DNA of 35,277 nucleotides. It comes from Candidatus Thalassarchaeaceae archaeon (lineage in GTDB: Archaea; Thermoplasmatota; Poseidoniia; Poseidoniales; Thalassarchaeaceae). The stretch's first letter is position 1. Each line of letters opens with the position of its first letter. The translations under genes and the position numbers were made by a program. Below are positions 34,623-35,277 of the stretch, in pieces. The notes under the pieces were generated by a model. The model saw only the letters and a list, made by a program, of their open reading frames with translations, had not been told where the DNA came from and searched no databases. The stretch lies in assembly GCA_029250425.1 (NCBI GenBank), contig JAQXFF010000185.1:1-35277 (forward strand), in the 5' to 3' direction.

Positions 34623-35277
34623 ATGAACAACCGAAAGAACCTGAGCATGCTAGTAGCATTGTTCCTCATTCTGATGACGGCTTCGTCCGTTGTCAGTGGT
34701 GACGGTACTGACCCGCTCGACCCGTCTGATGGCGGCGCCGACTGGGATGGTGACGGTCTCACCAATGCAGAGGAACAATCACACGGAACGGATATGACCA
34801 AGTCAGACAGCGATGGAGATGGTCTCCCCGATGGATGGGAAGTGGCCCACGGCCTCAACCCGAACAACGGTGGCGACGCCAACAGCGATGCTGACAATGA
34901 TGGTTTGAGCGCAGCCCAAGAATACGCACAGGGTACCAACCCAAACAGTGCGGATACTGACGGCGACGGTCGGCCTGATGGCAGTGACCCTTTCCCTAAT
35001 GACCCAAACGACGGCGAGTACTCGGACTCTGACGGCGACGGTATCCCCGACGCCTACGATCCAGACTACCAAGACGCTGAGACAGGCTCCGGAAACGGCG
35101 GCACCGAAGGTGGCGGCGAATCCGAAGACCAAGGTCAAGGCGAAGGTCAAGGACAAGGTCAAGGCCAAGGTCAAGGCCAAGGTCAAGGACAAGGTCAGGG
35201 CCAAGGTCAAGGCCAAGGTCAAGGCCAAGGTCAAGGCCAAGGTCAAGGACAAGGTCAGGGCCAAGGTCAAGGCCAAG
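34623..35277 (+). CDS. Secreted thrombospondin type-3 (calcium-binding) repeat protein with (GQ)n low-complexity region; 3' end outside window
   Basis: Found by my own translation; it is not in the supplied ORF track. It starts ATG AAC AAC CGA..., giving MNNRKNLSMLVALFLILMTASSVVSG (signal peptide). Five DxDxDGxxDxxE-type repeats follow: DWDGDGLTNAEE, DSDGDGLPDGWE, DADNDGLSAAQE, DTDGDGRPDGSD, DSDGDGIPDAYD. Then comes GQGEGQGQGQ... with no stop before the window end. An AGGAAGTGA motif lies upstream. Confidence 0.8.
   Translation, partial: MNNRKNLSMLVALFLILMTASSVVSGDGTDPLDPSDGGADWDGDGLTNAEEQSHGTDMTKSDSDGDGLPDGWEVAHGLNPNNGGDANSDADNDGLSAAQEYAQGTNPNSADTDGDGRPDGSDPFPNDPNDGEYSDSDGDGIPDAYDPDYQDAETGSGNGGTEGGGESEDQGQGEGQGQGQGQGQGQGQGQGQGQGQGQGQGQGQGQGQGQGQGQGQGQ
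35130..35277 (+). repeat. Hexanucleotide coding microsatellite (CAR GGN)n with a perfect 60-nt higher-order period
   Basis: 35161-35217 is identical to 35221-35277. The unit caaggt/caaggc/caagga encodes Gln-Gly. Confidence 0.9.

Noticed and set aside
34803-35276. 157-aa minus-strand ORF (ALTLALTLSLTL...)
   Set aside because: It is an antisense reading of the (CAAGGN)n repeat. The plus strand gives a coherent signal peptide plus TSP3-repeat protein.
1-35277. Mobile element, prophage or defence island
   Set aside because: I recognised no integrase, transposase, recombinase, terminal inverted repeats, restriction enzyme, cas or phage structural genes. The tRNA-Cys has no adjacent integrase or duplicated 3' half.

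Overview
A compact 35.3-kb chromosomal segment; by my annotation only about 1.9 kb is left non-coding. It carries mostly housekeeping and metabolic genes. No integrase, transposase, CRISPR array or rRNA was seen. The source organism cannot be determined from this window. Gene content is bacterial-like (rlmH, RhlE-like helicase, MaeB, E. coli-type Icd). Shine-Dalgarno use is patchy and there are very large surface proteins, which would also fit an uncultured marine archaeon or bacterium.

Confidently recognised:
- two tandem GNAT acetyltransferases
- tRNA-Cys(GCA)
- long-form class II (B12-dependent) ribonucleotide reductase
- OsmC-like protein
- NADP isocitrate dehydrogenase
- DEAD-box helicase with a (GQNR)n tail
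- SAM methyltransferase
- DHH phosphoesterase
- NUDT2-like Nudix (Ap4A) hydrolase
- PduO-type cobalamin adenosyltransferase
- RlmH
- group II PLP decarboxylase
- MaeB malic enzyme
- pabC-like gene followed by a PabB-PabA fusion

Most unusual content:
1. A 1124-aa helical protein ending in an apparently intact PIN nuclease domain, with no antitoxin partner.
2. A 2836-aa signal-peptide, multi-propeller, six-module FN3-like, C-terminally membrane-anchored surface protein, preceded by a perfect 16-bp palindrome.
3. A secreted thrombospondin-type-3-repeat protein with a (GQ)n tail. It runs off the window end and is absent from the supplied ORF track.
4. A structured 320-bp leader upstream of nrdJ, and a 355-bp hairpin-rich intergenic region.
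5. A gene remnant of a fatty-acid hydroxylase.
6. A polylinker-like cluster of restriction palindromes inside the second GNAT gene.

All functional calls rest on motifs read by eye. No database search was possible.
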